Source of the DNA: Phoronis australis
Lineage: Eukaryota > Animalia > Phoronida
Reading direction: 5' to 3'
Assembly: GCA_002633005.1 (NCBI GenBank)
Contig: NMRA01000442.1
Coordinates: 117,463 to 181,462, forward strand
Length of the DNA stretch: 64,000 nt
Position 1 is the first letter of the stretch. Each line of letters starts with the position of its first letter. This document shows, in pieces, positions 52,871 to 64,000 of the stretch. Under the pieces are notes generated by a model that was not told the DNA's origin, did not search any database, and saw only the letters and a program-made list of their open reading frames with translations. A program made the position numbers and the translations under genes.

Positions 52871-53214
52871 TTTCCAAAATCTCCTAAATAGGTCAACCGG
52901 ATGTAAACAGTTCTTTCTTGTTTCGAAAACCTATTATTTTATTACACACAGCGGGGACATACCTGGGTTTGAAATTTGGATGACAAGGTAATGTAAAGTT
53001 TGCTTTTGTTGTGTTTTAGAACGTATTCGACGTTTACTACGTAAGCCAACACTGTTTGCCAACCGACTAGAGCGACGTCTTTCGTGAAAATGCAGCACAG
53101 ATTAAAGATATGACGTCATGGAGTTTGGCGCGAAATTTCATTTTGGCGCGACAAATTTCATTGAACTTCTTCACGAACAGACTTATCTGTACTGGAAAAC
53201 CTCCGTTCTCCAAA
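52871..53214. promoter_or_regulatory. Bidirectional KTI12/DUT promoter region with CRE and E2F sites
   Basis: Divergent ATGs at 52870 and 53110/53215; ETS-like CCGGATGT ~52898; TGACGTCA 53111-53118; TTTGGCGCGAAA 53124-53135; TTTTGGCGCG 53141-53150. Confidence 0.7.
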
Positions 53215-53396
53215 ATGATGGCTGCAACAGATAAGTTACGTGTGCTTTCAGACTATACAAACATGGATGTTGAACACGTTGTGAAGAAGAGGAAACATGA
53301 AGATCAGAAATTGGTACTGAGATTTACAAAAATAAGTGAACTTGCCGAGGCACCTACGAAAGGCTCGGTTCATGCCGCTGGATACGATCTTCGAAG
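53110..53396 (+). CDS. DUT: DUT exon 1 (putative presequence, KKRK NLS, motif 1)
   Basis: ...[26 protein letters not shown]|gtaacg; choice of start codon is inference. Confidence 0.9.
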
Positions 53397-56300
53397 GTAA
53401 CGAGTGGAAGTCAAGTGCTTCACCTGTCTTAGGCACTGCATTGAATTGGATATTGTCTCAACTGGTCTGTAAGGTCGCACAAAAATCTTCTAGTAGTTTA
53501 TTGCAAACTAATTATGTGATCCTAGTTGACTGTTAGCCTTGGTGCAAAGCTGTATAAATTATATAAATACTAGCCTTCACAGCTGTATACGTAAATATGC
53601 AGCTTTGCACGTGTGTGGGTAAAAAAGTGGTAAGATAAAATCTGACACAAAATTATTGGTGTCATTAAAAACTACAATCTTCCTTGAGTAAACTAAATTA
53701 TTTACCGGTGTTGGGGAAAAATGGCGTTCTACCGTTATTCTGCTTCTAAAGTTGAAGAGCGATCTTAAGCGACGGCTTTCGGCGCCATGAAATATTGCGT
53801 TTATTTTTTCGCCAATTCTTCAATCAACTGTTCTTCTTTCATGAGGTTGCGTACATGTCACAACAAATTATCTGAACTGGTTTCACTTCATTATAAGTTT
53901 TAAGAATTTTGATACCGAAAAACCGAATTTTAGAAGAAATTTGCTGCTGCCAAGCTATCATCATCTCCTGAGAGATGTCGCAAAAAATTTAGGAAATGGT
54001 GCGTGCGCATGACACGAACGTATTGTTTTCAAAACGACGATATACTTTTCATTATTAGAAAAGGCGGAGTGTTACGCAAGAAAATGACGTTAATTGCATT
54101 GTTTTTCACTTAAACGGCTGTAACAGGCAACGTGAGTGTTGGTTGATTCCCAGATTTTGCATGCACCCGGTCTTTAGCTTTACATGTTGATACATGTTGC
54201 AGAGCGGTGACGAGCAGAACTACCCTGGCTGTGTGCAATTTCGGGGTCTACGGAAGAATTACACACAGTGGTACCTAGCTGTATTTTGACCACAGTCTTC
54301 GTACAGCTAGCTGGCTGGCGATATAAATACACGAATATGTTAGACTTGAGTCGATGTCGTACAGGTAAAGCTAGCTAGCTGGCAAATTTACAGCCATTCG
54401 CAATCAGTCCTTGGTACTTGGTGCTTGATGCTTCTTGTGGATACCTTGTGGCATGGGCTGAATAGAGCATTCCCTGATTTAGAGAACCAGTTTCTAATAA
54501 CCAGTCCTTTTAGTTTTACTAGTTTTAGGGTCTGGTTCTCTGAACTGGGAACTGCTGCAGTTTACCTGCCTGTGGCACTTCAAACCAATGCCTAGCTTAC
54601 CAACTACATGTCTGGGAGCCAGTGATATCTTTGGTCGAAAGTAAAGTGTAAACCATAATAAAGCCCAACAGGTGAAACTTGTCTGTCATCTTCGTCCTTT
54701 CGTGAGGTTCTTTTATGCCATCCCTTATTTTAGCGATCAAGAGTTAATTCAATCCTGTTACCAGTCCAGTTTACTAGGCCACGTGTTAAAAATCAACTGT
54801 TGATGGTCAGATGGTCTGTAGTTTGCATATTTGGGACAAAGAAATGAAAGGGAGATAATTGTGGTCCTGGCAGTGTATCTCAGAAGCTGTTTAAATGCAG
54901 CATATTGTGTTGCCTGCCAGCCAGCCAGCTAGCTATATGAAGACTATCCTCAAAATACAGCTAGAAACCACTGTGTGTTGAGCACCGCTGTATACCCCGA
55001 AATTTCACACAGCCCGGGTAATTCTGCTCGTCACCTCGTCGTGAAACTTAAATCAACATCTAGAGCTAAGAGCCGAAGTTAGCCGACACTCACCTTGCCC
55101 GTGGAAAACTAATAAAAGTCATTAATGATTTTCGTGCATAATTATCTGCCTTTCGTAACATAGAAAAGTCTGTCCTTTTGATAACAGTACGCTCGTGACT
55201 CATACCATTTCCTAAATTTTTGTGACATCTCCCACAGCAGCAAAATTTGTTAGGAAATTTGGTTTGCTGGTATTAAAAAACTAAAAACCTGTAACAAAAT
55301 GAAACCAGTTCGAAAAATTTGTTCCGTCATTATGCAACCTCATGGAAGGAAAACAGTGCATTGATGACTTGGTGAACAAAGATACTCGCCAATAGGTGAC
55401 GCAATATTTCATGGCGCCGAAAACTGACGAAAAAATCGCTCTACAGCTTGAGCAGCAGAGTAACGGTAGAATGCCTATTTTTCCAACACTGTTAAAGAAT
55501 TTAGTTAACTCGAGGAAGAGTGTAGTTTTTAATGACACTTATTTTGTGTCAGGTTTTATTTGGCCATTTTTTTACCCACATTGGCGCAAAGCTGTATGTT
55601 TATTCTACAGCTTTGCACCAAGGCTACATAGTGTGTAGTACTCTTTATTTTATCAATCAAAAAGTAAATCGAATAAGCAGATCCATTACAGGATCATCAC
55701 CTGTAAGCCCATATGGTACTTTGTCCACACAAGCAGATTTATTGCCTAAGTACTGCCATGGTTGGGTTTCAACAGTACTTGGTATACATGGGTAAAAGAA
55801 ACTCAAAAATTGCGGGTCACCAACAAAAATTTTATTGTCAATAGGGTTATTTTAGCAATTTAGACTTTCAAATTGCATTGATTTTGTAACAACAGATATT
55901 TTGTTTACTGTGTATATGCATAATGTAAGCCCATGCACCAGACCGTCGGACCTCTATGTGAAATTATACATTTTTTCAAAGAAAGTTATTAATCAACTGT
56001 TGGGCCTATGCACCCAAGTTATGCTTTCAGCTGAAGAGTTGATCTCGACCTTTTTGAACATACTGCTCATATGTTACCTTTGATTTTGATAATTCATTCC
56101 TCAAGGCACATTTGTAGTAATTATGCACATATTTAGAACGGAAATGTGCCTCATGTTTTCAACTTGTTTTTAAAATTGGTGAGGAGATGCTTGAGCGTCA
56201 CTCAAACTTTACTTTCTTGGAATGAACAAAGAATATTTTGATGGAACTAAGTTGGTTAAAGCGTTGCAAGTGTGATTCTCGTCTCATAGGGATGCCATTC

Positions 56301-59300
56301 TTGAATGATCTGAACTGAGGTAGGCGCCTAGGCGGCGAATACAGACTCCACATGATCTTTGAAAACTCTTGTGTTACAGCGCAAAAGACATTGTAATTCC
56401 TCCACAAGGACGGGCTTTGGTGCCAACAGGCTTGAAAGTGGCAATTCCCGACGGTCACTATGGAAGGATAGGTAAGTAATGTACACATCAGGGAGAGCCC
56501 TATTTTATTTAGGCTGCATCCATCATTCAAATGTGTGGTGTTGTGAGTGTCGAATTAGTGATTGGGTTTTTAATGAAGTGTATGCGTTATAACTTATCAC
56601 AGGAAAATGTGCTGAAAAAGTTTGCTTGTAGGGGGCTACAAATGTTTTCCACGAAGTGTAATCTTTGTTACTTTACTCCAAATGTATCGTGCATCACAAG
56701 TGTTCTCTCATGCTCAAAGAATACTGGTAATGCTAAATTTTTAGTCTTGTGTAATCGCTTTTCTTTTTTGCTTGTGTTCAGCGAAGTTGGCTTGAGACTT
56801 CATTTTAGCTTTTAAACATGTCTCTCCTGGATGCAATTTGGATCAGCTGTATGGTTCAATTTAAAAATATTTTTGCCATTCTGCAGTCCGTGGTAATGTT
56901 TCATCACCACTACATGTCTTCGGGTTCCCTTGACTGATAGAAATTCACTTATTTGAAGACAAAAGTTGTATCTTTTGCACTTAAATTATGACAGGAAGTC
57001 CAAATTATTTGCCATAAATCTGGCAAGTTTGGTGAAATGCGCGCAACCAGTGAAAGCGTTCTATGTTGTTTGCTGACGAGTGATTGAGTTAGAGAATATA
57101 CGTTTACGGAGAGAAATTGGAGAGGCACCTTAAGATTCTGAGAATGAGATACACACTGTTTGACCTTTTTTCTAGTCAACGATTTCTATGCCGTACCATG
57201 AACTTTGTTTTTAATCCAAAAGATGTCAAACTTGTCAACGCGTTATAATATAGGAACTAGTTAGGCATGTGCATCTTGGTGGATAAAGAATGTGCGTTTG
57301 CTTTCAGCTCCAAGGTCTGGCCTTGCCAAGAACCATGGCATTGATGTTGGAGGTAAGAGGGCCTCTTGTGATGAAGAGGTATTTTTAAGTGGCAACAATA
57401 ACTTGCACGTGTTCTTGTACTCAGAAGTTTGCTGATCTTATCTTTGTGCATATTGCAACAACAGATAATCTGATCCCTGCAAAGTGTCTGAAGGAGTGAA
57501 TCTCGGGATCCATTTCATGAAAAGTGACTTCAGACGTCAGACAGAAATTTGGTCTAACGCTCCATATAACTACTCTTGAAAAATAATTGAATCTCTCTTG
57601 AGCAAAAGTGCAGTTTCTGAAAAAATATATATGCATGTAACCGGTAGTTTATACTGAGATAACTATTTCTGTAAATTATGTTTAGAGTGCGATTCTCTCA
57701 TAAGTTCTTGGCTAAACCTTTTTTCAGCCGTTGTAAAGTGGGAGTGCGAGACCAAATTTCTGTCTCTGCAGACCTTTGGAGTTTTTAAACAAGCAACAGT
57801 TTAGCTCGTATAGTTTTGCTCTGAGAGTAAGCATAATCATAGACAGAAGGATTTGAGCAGTCATAGGTGATATCATCACCTGTTATTAAGTGAAACCACC
57901 ATTCTTAGAAAATTATGGATCTTCCTGTGAACTTAATATAATTTACGTGTACATGATGTATACATTTTTCCGTTTCAGCTGGGGTAATTGATCAAGATTA
58001 CCGCGGGCCTTTGGGTGTAATCCTCTTCAATTTTGGTGACCAACCATTTGAAGGTATTGTATCCTGCTGGTAACACGATTATTGTTCGTTATCATATTTT
58101 ATCTGCTTGTATTAACAAAACGGTATTTTACAATTTTTGAACATCTAGTGTCACCATCACTAGAGCTATGTCTCTAGAGCCAGTTTAGACAACTAAATAT
58201 TGTTACTCCCTCTGGTGGAAGTGTTGTAATTATTTTGCACTTGGTGTATTTGTTACATCAATCAATCTTTCCAAAGCATTCAGTGTTGTCGAACGTGGTC
58301 AAGAGAGAGCACTGTTACCTTGACCTTCATCTGTAATGGTAGCAGGGTGTGTTTTGCCTGAAGCGAGCAGGGAAACGCATTCTGATTGGTCAATGGTGTT
58401 TTTGTTGAGCTAGGAGAAAAATCACTGAAACTGTACGGTTTTGAAATTTTGAAACATATGTATTTATGTTATATATACAAAACTCGTCCCTGACCCCAGG
58501 GTCGAAGTTTGAACTCCAGACTCTGCTCTCAGAACCTGACTAGTCACACAGCATAATTTGAGTTCATATTTGTAAGTTAACTTGAAGCATAGCATGCAAT
58601 AGGTATTTTTCGTTACAGTGGCATCATCACGAAATACACCTTGTCGCTAGATAGCAAAAGCATAGTTGGTGGACTATTCTTTGCAACCGTCAAGCTGTCA
58701 AATTGCTTATGTGCAGCAGGATATTAATAAAAACACGAAAATGTGCATCTCAAAACGTCTGCGATTGTTAGAAATATTTCGCCCCTGTCAGCTCATTCCT
58801 TCTTGTGCACAAGAATTAGAATTTGGGCGAGACGAAAGACGCTGTTGTGTTCTCTTAATGGTAGTTGTATGTGGAATGTTCGTTACTTAGCAACCAGTGC
58901 CTGGTTGCATGAAACAGTTCCTAATAGGGACTCTCCCAATTTCCTTATTTTTTTTTTCTTATTTGTTTTGTTCTTCAGTCACAGATGTACCATTTTACTT
59001 CTATTGTGAGCTCTTCTTTGACTAATGGCATTTTGTAAACATAAACTAAAAACTGAGCCTTTAATTCAGTCGTTGCATGAAAAGGTCCCTACTTATTTTC
59101 AAAAATATTTAGAATTCAGTGTGGAGTTCACTCTCAATTTTTATCAAAAACCAAAAATTGAGTTAGTAATAAGACTCAAACAGCATAAGACAGGACAACC
59201 GGTGTTTTCACATGCACTCAAATACACAGTAGATTGAGGGAATTTAATTGAGTACATATTTGGGACTGTTTGATGCAACCGAGCACTGAACTCTTTAAGG

Positions 59301-61133
59301 CTTGATGTAGAGTGTTTGCTGTTGGTCAATTTCGGAGGGAAGTTTTGAGTACTGAAATTAGACCACAGCCCTAGGATAGACCAGCTGTTTTAGGATTACT
59401 ACTTAAATATTTGCCAAAGTTTGTTGCTAAAGCATGCCCCAATACCAATAATGGTCGGACGTAACCTGCCCAAATTTTGAGAACCAGTATTCTCCACCTG
59501 TGAGCAATGGGCATCAAATTGGATCTCAAAATACAGGCGCGTTATATCCAACTATTGCTCTGATACCTCTACTTGAGCACTTTACACATACTGTGGTCCA
59601 TGGTTACATATCTCTTGCGTTCAATTTTCAGTCAAAGTTGGTGAAAGGATAGCCCAGTTGATTTGCGAAAAAATCTGCTACCCAGAGCTGGAGGAGTGTG
59701 ATGTAAGTGCCAAGTAATACTGTTTCCATGTATGCAAGTGGTGTCACTGGTTGTAGATTTCTTTCCTTGATTGTTTTTGTTGGAAATGATTTATAGATGA
59801 CAGGGCTTGGAATGACCAATGACAAAAAACGCGGACACTTTTACGGCCCAAATCATGCCCGATAACCAGCCTTTGAAATGGTCAATGTGAACCTTTCCGC
59901 GACAAAAATCAGGAGGACTAAAAAAAAAAAATGTTACCACCATCAGTAGCATGCGTGTGCGTTCTTTTCGCTCGCCCGTCCACTCCCAACCCACACAAAT
60001 TTGGCTGCAGAGCGGTAGTATTTTTCGCCGCGCTTAACAATAACACGAGCCGCCATTGAAAATCAGACCACGCTTTACCCAGATGCCCCGGCAATGTTGA
60101 CAATTTACGTTCCTCCGAAACATAAAGACTTCCGCTTTCCGAGGTGAACGTCGTCTGCAACGTCGCAGTAAGAAAGGAATTTGCCGCGGAAATTTCATAT
60201 CAAATCCGATTTTTTTACGCGGAAATATAAAAAAAGCGGAAAGCACATTTCAAAAAAGCGGAAATCCGCGTTTCCGCGGAAAATTCCAAGCCCTGAGATG
60301 AAGGTGCACGCAAATCAGAATTCGTTGTTCTTCCAAGAGTACTGAAATTTATTCCATCTCACTATCCTCTGTCATTGCCAGTGTTTTACTTTATTAATTC
60401 AAACCATCATGCAGTCAAATTGCCATTAGGGTTTATGGGATAATTAAATGATTCACACGAAAATATCCGTCTCGTAAGATTCGTGAAGGAAAAATTGCAT
60501 TTTATTCCTGTCATCTGTGATTTTTTTGTCCCAGCCCGTTACATAACAATTTGTCATTTGACTCTAGCAGTGATGATAGACACAGTAATACAATTCAGCT
60601 GATTAGCAACATTATATTGCATTGTTCATCACCCTCGGTGTCACTTATCGTTCAAAGAATTATTTTTGTTCATTTCATTGTTACAAAAACTAAATCAAAA
60701 CAGTGTTTAAGATCCGTTTCAGAGCTAACACTTAAAATTTGTCAAGTGGCAGGTGTAAAATCCCTTCAAAAAAGGTAATAATGCTCTAAAGTCAAATAAC
60801 ATTGAGTAACCTGGATTACTCGTGTTGCCTGGTTATTACATCGTTTTTCATCGCATACTTTCATGTTAACGGTAATGAAATTGATCTTTTGAAAGCATTT
60901 ATCTTCTAAAGACACTTTTTAGGTCTAACCAAAAATTATACAGCTTCCGACCAAAAATTACACAGCCTCCGACCAATGCAGCCTTTTATACAAGGGTCTT
61001 GTGCATCACTGTTGGAGAATCACAGGTAAAAGGCGCTAACTGAAATTGTCTACTAATTTTAAATTTCTAATTACAGGATTTAGACGAGACTGAAAGGGGA
61101 GAAGGTGGATTTGGTTCAACAGGAAAAAAGTAA
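53110..61133 (+). CDS. DUT: dUTP diphosphatase (dUTPase), 6 exons; 208 aa from ATG 53110, 173 aa from ATG 53215
   Basis: Exons 53110-53396, 56380-56471, 57308-57352, 57979-58053, 59632-59702, 61077-61133. All five motifs: [46 protein letters not shown] at 61385-61390. Confidence 0.96.
53534..55626. mobile_element. 2.1-kb non-autonomous fold-back DNA transposon with ~750-800-bp imperfect TIRs, in DUT intron 1
   Basis: Perfect ends TAGCCTTGGTGCAAAGCTGTA / TACAGCTTTGCACCAAGGCTA; inverted similarity continues to ~54340 and ~54900. Confidence 0.85.
56380..56471 (+). CDS. DUT: DUT exon 2
   Basis: ttacag|[31 protein letters not shown]|gtaagt. Confidence 0.95.
57308..57352 (+). CDS. DUT: DUT exon 3
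   Basis: tttcag|[15 protein letters not shown]|gtaaga. Confidence 0.95.
57979..58053 (+). CDS. DUT: DUT exon 4
   Basis: tttcag|[25 protein letters not shown]|gtattg. Confidence 0.95.
59632..59702 (+). CDS. DUT: DUT exon 5
   Basis: tttcag|[24 protein letters not shown]|gtaagt. Confidence 0.95.
59801..60295. mobile_element. hAT-like MITE in DUT intron 5 (decayed inverted relative ~62351-62570)
   Basis: Perfect 13-bp TIR CAGGGCTTGGAAT/ATTCCAAGCCCTG, 6-bp direct repeat AGATGA, subterminal GCGGAAA repeats. Confidence 0.85.
61077..61133 (+). CDS. DUT: DUT exon 6 (last)
   Basis: ttacag|[21 protein letters not shown]. Confidence 0.95.
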   Translation, partial: DLDETERGEGGFGSTGKK

Positions 61134-64000
61134 AATTATCCTTCGAACACTCGTATGCACTGAAATGGACCAGTTACTCTTACAGGTTGGTTATAGCTCA
61201 AGGGAAGAACAAACGTGGAAGACCTCATGATAGTGGACATAAATTGTGTGTGTGTGTACGTCACCTATGAGATTCTCACCGGATGAAGAATCTCTGTTGT
61301 ACTGCCAAACGAATACAAATGCTCGTTTTGTTATAACTAATTCTGTTTCATTGTAAATACTTAACTGTACAAATATGTATTGACAATAAAAATGTTGAAC
61401 TTCTATTGGAGTATTTGAATTACAGTCAGTTCTCTAACAGTTAGAACGAACTATTTTCCCTCGACAGCTTTGCTGTTCCAACTATTACAGATAAAAGTCA
61501 ATTGTTTGAATCATTAAAAAGGAAACAATAATAACAATGAATTACTGAGGGCAACAACGGGCTCAAAGACCATGCTTTGGCTATGTAGCAAATTATTGAC
61601 CTGTGTGATAAATTTACTACAAAATAAATTACTTGGCCGCTTTGTTACTTTTATTTTCTTCTTATCCTCGCAAACTTCAGTTGATCTCGGTAAGTCTTCA
61701 TGTATTTAGCACTCTTGTCTCATTTGTCGCATAAAAGTGATTATTAGTAAAAGTATAGTGTTGTCCTTTATTTCTTTTGCGCAGGGCTACTTGGGAATTT
61801 GTGCTTTTTTAATAAGGCCAGAACATAGTACATTCACTAGTTTGTCCCACATATTTACATGTGGGCGCATTATGCCGTCGTCTCTCTCCGTCCGGTGTCC
61901 GCTGGTGTATCTACAAAACCCCATGGTGAATGTTGATAAAATGAAGCAGATGTTCATGGATGGGATGGTGTGAGGGAATTTTCGGACGGATCCAACTACC
62001 AGTGCGCCTCCTAATGGCAATTCTAGTTTTTTTATGTTTGCCTCTGTATCTTGGGTGTTCCTTAACGGAATTCGCTGAAATTAGGCAAATGGATATCGGG
62101 CAGATGACGCCACCATCGCATTTTCTAATGGATTCTAGTATTTCGCGCCACCAGTATAAGGGTGATTATGAGTATTGACATCTTCCTGCTAAAAGGATGG
62201 CCAACGATTTTTGAACGGCTCTGATTACAGTGAATGACTCATATTACAGTGGCTCATTGCCACTTTTCATGCAACCCTTGAGGCTATTTTAAGTTTACTA
62301 GCATTGCTCCATATAGAGATAATGTTTTTAAAAAACAGTAATCATTTCTTCTGGGCTTGGAATTTTCCTCTTCAGAGGATTCCCTCTTTTTGGTTTAGAT
62401 TTCCTCTTTCAATTGTCTCTTTATTATTATTTTGATTTTATTCATGCAAAAACGATTACTTCAGTTGAATTTTACAACACAGAAAATATTTCTGTCGCAC
62501 AAAAGCCTATTTTTTAGCAAAACCAGATCACCTTAAAATTTCTATTTTGTCATTGATCATTCCAAGCCGTCTCTTGTGTGCGCTATAGGGGTTGCGCTTT
62601 TGTTCATCCACTCGTTGTTTCATCACATAATAGGATCACACGCTGTTTAAAAATGGCCAGTTGTTGCTTTGGGCAACTGAACAAAGGACAGCTCGAAGAA
62701 GTTTTATTTCGGTAGTATTTGTTCGAGTTCAGCTGGGAGGAATTAAAACGTAACTGAGTTTACTTAACGTTGCGCAAGCACGTTTTTCCAAAAGTAGTGC
62801 CATGTGGTTGTAAGTTTAAGATGCGTTGAATTTTTCGGTAAAAACATTTTTACAGTTCATGTAAGAAAACAAATCGGCAAAGCTCAGGATTTTGACGACT
62901 TGCCCATGTCAAACCTGAGACGAGAGTACTATTCTCTATTTTTGAAGTGATGTTTCAATCAGTGCGAGGTATAATTCGCCAAAAAAAGTTTCCGGTGTCT
63001 GCTAGGGCCAGATGGAGACGGTGGTCATTGTCTCTATCGCACCAGGGCACAGGAAGGTCCCATTATTTTGCGCACAAGGTCCCGGCAGGCGATTGATATA
63101 AATGTCAAACGACAGTATTTTTTGTTGCTTAAGACAGCAAACATGAAAATGACAACCCTACAAGCATTACTTGCGGATTAAACGGTGGTCATGACGTCTT
63201 TTAGCAGAGTAATTTTAAGTTTCCAAGAAATTCTCAAGTCCCAGCTTGTTTCTGAGGTTGCGTGTGCAACACACGCTGCCAATCAATTAGATGTCATTTT
63301 TTTGGTGCTAAATTGGGTTCCTGATGAGGTCGTATGATAGTAATTAATCATTTAGTCACACTTCTGTTAACCAATGAGTTAACCAACCCAAGTTATTTGG
63401 TCCATTTTATTGAGTGTTAATTGGATAACAGAGGCAACCCATAAGCCCGCGAAGCTTGGATACTCAGATGATTTTGCAGTTCGTCAACGTTTTGTTTATT
63501 TGGCACACACCAACTTCCTGAATAATATTTCCAGTATTCAACTTAATATATTTGTGCGAGTTAAGTGAAAAGTTGGACAACAAGGCTGGAAAATTTAACA
63601 GGACTAACCTCATTATTTCCGCTCCAAAATGCAGGCAGTTTCTTGTGAATGACTACCCTATGTCATTTGTTGCTGGACATCTCTGCCTTGCAAACTTTCT
63701 AAGCAGCATTTATCATCAATGTAGAAATTCCCCAAATTATAAAAAATAGTGAAACACAACGACCTATCAAGTTTACAAAATATCACTTTATTTAACTCCA
63801 ACAAATGATGCAGTACAAGGCATTACAATCTTCTTAAACAGAAAATTACAGATAAACTCATTTTAGCTGTAAAAAAATTTATCACAAATAATAAATTATA
63901 AACAAAGATTACTCAACCATCTAGACAAGGTCTCTTACTGTTCCATACTAGGATAGATAATGACCTTCATTCACAAAGAACAACCATAAATTTTAATAAA

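Noticed and set aside
57368-57435. GTGATGA...CTGA as C/D snoRNA in DUT intron 3
   Set aside because: Only ~15 nt from the donor, no terminal stem, no recognisable guide.
1-64000. CRISPR arrays, operons, viral dUTPase or other prokaryotic/viral systems
   Set aside because: All genes have spliceosomal introns, the dUTPase is the cellular type, and no repeat-spacer array was seen.

Overview
AT-rich, intron-rich animal genomic DNA (probably an invertebrate draft assembly: 391-N gap at 45436-45826, single Ns at 3923 and 41338). Most ORFs in the supplied track are spurious; real genes were rebuilt by reading splice sites. Four protein-coding genes are supported: (1) the first two coding exons of CRIM1 (minus strand, running off the left edge); (2) a 3-exon, 547-aa type II membrane GT32/DXD glycosyltransferase with an internally duplicated domain, the first copy lacking DXD; (3) a complete 9-exon KTI12 (275 aa, minus) with a U12-type last intron and a sense-strand tRNA-Lys(CTT) gene in intron 3; (4) a complete 6-exon dUTPase (plus), head-to-head with KTI12 (239 bp between ATGs), whose predicted mitochondrial presequence is encoded by DNA that also spells a CRE and two E2F sites. 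The rest is MITEs, a 2.1-kb fold-back element, LINE and Helentron-like relics, a minimal Penelope-type hammerhead ribozyme, and a 1.4-kb tandem duplication that looks like an assembly artefact. No clearly new multi-gene system is demonstrated; the KTI12/tRNA-Lys/DUT cluster and the tandem glycosyltransferase are the best leads.
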